Origin: Candidatus Aminicenantes bacterium
GTDB lineage: Bacteria > Acidobacteriota > Aminicenantia > JAMOAD01
DNA: 64,000 nt
NCBI GenBank assembly: GCA_027061995.1
Contig: JAMOUT010000057.1
Coordinates: forward strand, 65,688 to 129,687
Direction of reading: 5' to 3'
Made by a program: the position numbers and the translations under genes. This document shows positions 61,878-64,000 of this stretch, piece after piece. The notes under the pieces are model-generated. The model saw only the letters and a list, made by a program, of their open reading frames with translations, searched no databases and was not told where the DNA came from. Within the stretch, counting starts at the first letter, position 1. Every line of letters starts with the position of its first letter.

Positions 61878-63194
61878 ATGAAAAGATATAGATATTATAT
61901 GTTGATAATTTTAATGCTTATAGTGTTTTTACCGGCATGGAAAAATATGGAAAGAGATAGTTATAATGATAGATTTTCTGATAATTCCGTGATTAATTTT
62001 AAATTAAGGAGTTATATAGGGCAAACAGGAAATGAGTATTCAAAAGATAAAATTATAGTAAAGTTAGAATCAAATCTTGATTCGTATGACAGGAAAAAGA
62101 TATTTGCTGAAACAGGTTTTAAAAAGGTTGAAAAATTATTTGATGATTATTATATTTATGAAAATAATGAAAGAACCGATAATATTGAAGACATAATACG
62201 AAAGATAAGGGATATACCGGGGGTTAAAGAGGTTGAACCCGATTATATCGCTTATTTGCAAACGACTCCGCATGATCCGTATCTGAAGTATCAGTATTAT
62301 CTTGCTAATTTCGGGCAAACCCTGACAATAGACGGTAAAAATATAACCGTAAAAAAGGACTCCGATATTAAAGCAAAAGGAGCTTGGGATTATTCAAGGG
62401 GAAGTAGTGATTTAATTATAGCTGTTGTTGATTCCGGAGTTGATTATTCTCATCCTGATTTAAGGGACAAACTTTTAGAAGGATACAATTTTGTTGTTGG
62501 TAATCCCTATGCTATAGATGATAATGGGCACGGAACAGAGATGGCGGGAATTATAGGAGCGACGACGGATAATAGACTCGGTATATCCGGGATTTGTTGG
62601 GATTGTAAAATTCTACCGGTGAAAGTTCTTGATGCGGATGGAAAAGGAAGATATAGTGCAATTGCTCTTGGTATAAGATATGCTGTTGACCACGGAGCTA
62701 AGATTATAAATCTTAGTTTGGGAGGTTATAATCCCTCTTTTATACTTGAAGATGCGGTTAAATATGCTTTTAATAAAGGAGTTGCTGTTATAGCTTCAGT
62801 TGGAGATGATAAAAAGAAGAGTATTTTATATCCGGCGGCATATACTTCGTATGTTCTTGCTGTTGCAGCTTCGAATTATAGTGATCAAAGGACAACTTAT
62901 TCGAATTACGGGCCGGAAGTGTCGGTTGCCGCTCCCGGAACATATATTTTAACAACAACTCTTCAAGGAAAATATGCTTATGTAACGGGAACTTCACCTG
63001 CGACTGCAATAGTATCGGGAATTGCAGGCTTGATTTTGTCCTTGAAAAACAATATCTCTCCTTCGGATTTATATAAAGTGATTATGTATGCGGCTGATGA
63101 TGTTAATGAAAAGACATGTCCGGGGACAGATATATATTTTGGCTATGGAAGAGCTGATGCTAAAAAAGCTGTATCACCCATAGAGCTTAAATAA
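61878..63194 (+). CDS. Secreted S8 subtilisin-like serine protease with a prodomain
   Basis: VVDSG, DDNGHGT, INLSLGG, VAAPG, TGTS catalytic-triad motifs. Confidence 0.9.
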   Translation: MKRYRYYMLIILMLIVFLPAWKNMERDSYNDRFSDNSVINFKLRSYIGQTGNEYSKDKIIVKLESNLDSYDRKKIFAETGFKKVEKLFDDYYIYENNERTDNIEDIIRKIRDIPGVKEVEPDYIAYLQTTPHDPYLKYQYYLANFGQTLTIDGKNITVKKDSDIKAKGAWDYSRGSSDLIIAVVDSGVDYSHPDLRDKLLEGYNFVVGNPYAIDDNGHGTEMAGIIGATTDNRLGISGICWDCKILPVKVLDADGKGRYSAIALGIRYAVDHGAKIINLSLGGYNPSFILEDAVKYAFNKGVAVIASVGDDKKKSILYPAAYTSYVLAVAASNYSDQRTTYSNYGPEVSVAAPGTYILTTTLQGKYAYVTGTSPATAIVSGIAGLILSLKNNISPSDLYKVIMYAADDVNEKTCPGTDIYFGYGRADAKKAVSPIELK

Positions 63195-63195
63195 A

Positions 63196-64000
63196 TTGAT
63201 AAAAAACATTAAAATCCGAAATCTTGCTATTATTGATGAATTAAACATAAATTTTGGAAAGGGGTTAAATATATTGACAGGTGAAACAGGAGCGGGAAAA
63301 TCAATTATATTGGATAGTATTAGATTTGTTGGTGGAGAAAGGGCTGATAGAACATTATTAAGAAACGGAGAAAAAAGGATGGTTGTTGAAGCTGTATTTG
63401 AATTTCAAAAAGAAATTAAAGAGCTTGAAGAATATTTTGAAGATTCGGAAGACAGAAAAGAGATAATTGTTCGAAGAGAATATTTTGAAGACGGAAGAAA
63501 TAAAATATTTATTAATAATATGAGTTTTAAACTATCGTTTTTGAGAGAATTATCAAAACGGTTTTTTAATATATACGGTCAAAATGATCATAGGTATCTC
63601 TTAAACATAGAGAATCAACTGGAATATCTTGATGAGGTTGGTAATAATGCTGAATTATTGGCTGAAACAGAGGGAATAAGTAAAAAAATAATTTCTTTGG
63701 GAAAACAGATTAAAGAACTTGAAGACAAGGAGCGAGAGAAAACTCAAAGGGAAGCATATCTTAAATATGTTATATCGGAGATAGAAGAGATAGGTTTACG
63801 GGAAGGGTTGGAAAAAGAACTTCTTGAAAAAAGAGTTGTTTTCAGAGATTCCGAATTAATATTTAATACTATTAAGAGAACCCTGCAATATCTTTATGAT
63901 GAAGATGATTCAATTTTAAATAAAATCTCGGAAATAGAAAATAATTTTGAAATACTCTCAAAATATAAAAAAGAGTGGGAAGAGTATTATGGTAAAATAA
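63196..64000 (+). CDS. recN: DNA repair protein RecN (5' part, runs off the window)
   Basis: TTG start; IKIRNLAIIDEL, LNILTGETGAGKSIILD, IYGQNDH; not in the ORF track because no stop lies in the window. Confidence 0.93.
   Translation, partial: MIKNIKIRNLAIIDELNINFGKGLNILTGETGAGKSIILDSIRFVGGERADRTLLRNGEKRMVVEAVFEFQKEIKELEEYFEDSEDRKEIIVRREYFEDGRNKIFINNMSFKLSFLRELSKRFFNIYGQNDHRYLLNIENQLEYLDEVGNNAELLAETEGISKKIISLGKQIKELEDKEREKTQREAYLKYVISEIEEIGLREGLEKELLEKRVVFRDSELIFNTIKRTLQYLYDEDDSILNKISEIENNFEILSKYKKEWEEYYGKI

Overview
A gene-dense, AT-rich chromosomal window from a flagellated diderm bacterium (flgH/flgI present, three outer-membrane beta-barrel proteins). Lineage cannot be fixed from the sequence alone; an Acidobacteriota-like, possibly anaerobic or thermophilic organism is only a guess from the flagellin N-terminus, PPDK and PDO. 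Contents: (i) housekeeping genes rpe, a uvrA paralog, guaB, secA, ruvC, yebC, ppdK, trmFO, topA, ligA and the 5' part of recN; (ii) two flagellar clusters, flgFGAHIJM-orf-flgNKL-fliW-csrA and fliC-flaG-fliD-fliS-fliT-like, followed by a Maf flagellin glycosyltransferase, with candidate sigma54, sigma28 and CsrA sites; (iii) nucleotide-sugar enzymes, a GH29 fucosidase and an Rrf2-OsmC-PDO-TrxB redox operon; (iv) a small accessory region at 53.7-57.9 kb. I saw no rRNA, tRNA, CRISPR array or transposase. Best leads: an orphan three-gene signalling cassette (REC-DUF4388-roadblock-like protein, a paralogous stand-alone roadblock-like protein and a 61-aa protein) flanked by an intact and a decayed copy of one secreted-protein gene; a recurrent leaderless promoter layout (TTGAnn-N17-TAnnnT-N5/6-ATG) at seven genes including secA; a full-length ruvC that appears to need a non-canonical ATT start; and a prenol kinase-DUF92 fusion. 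Several start codons were corrected relative to the ORF track. All domain calls come from motif recognition by eye, not from database searches.
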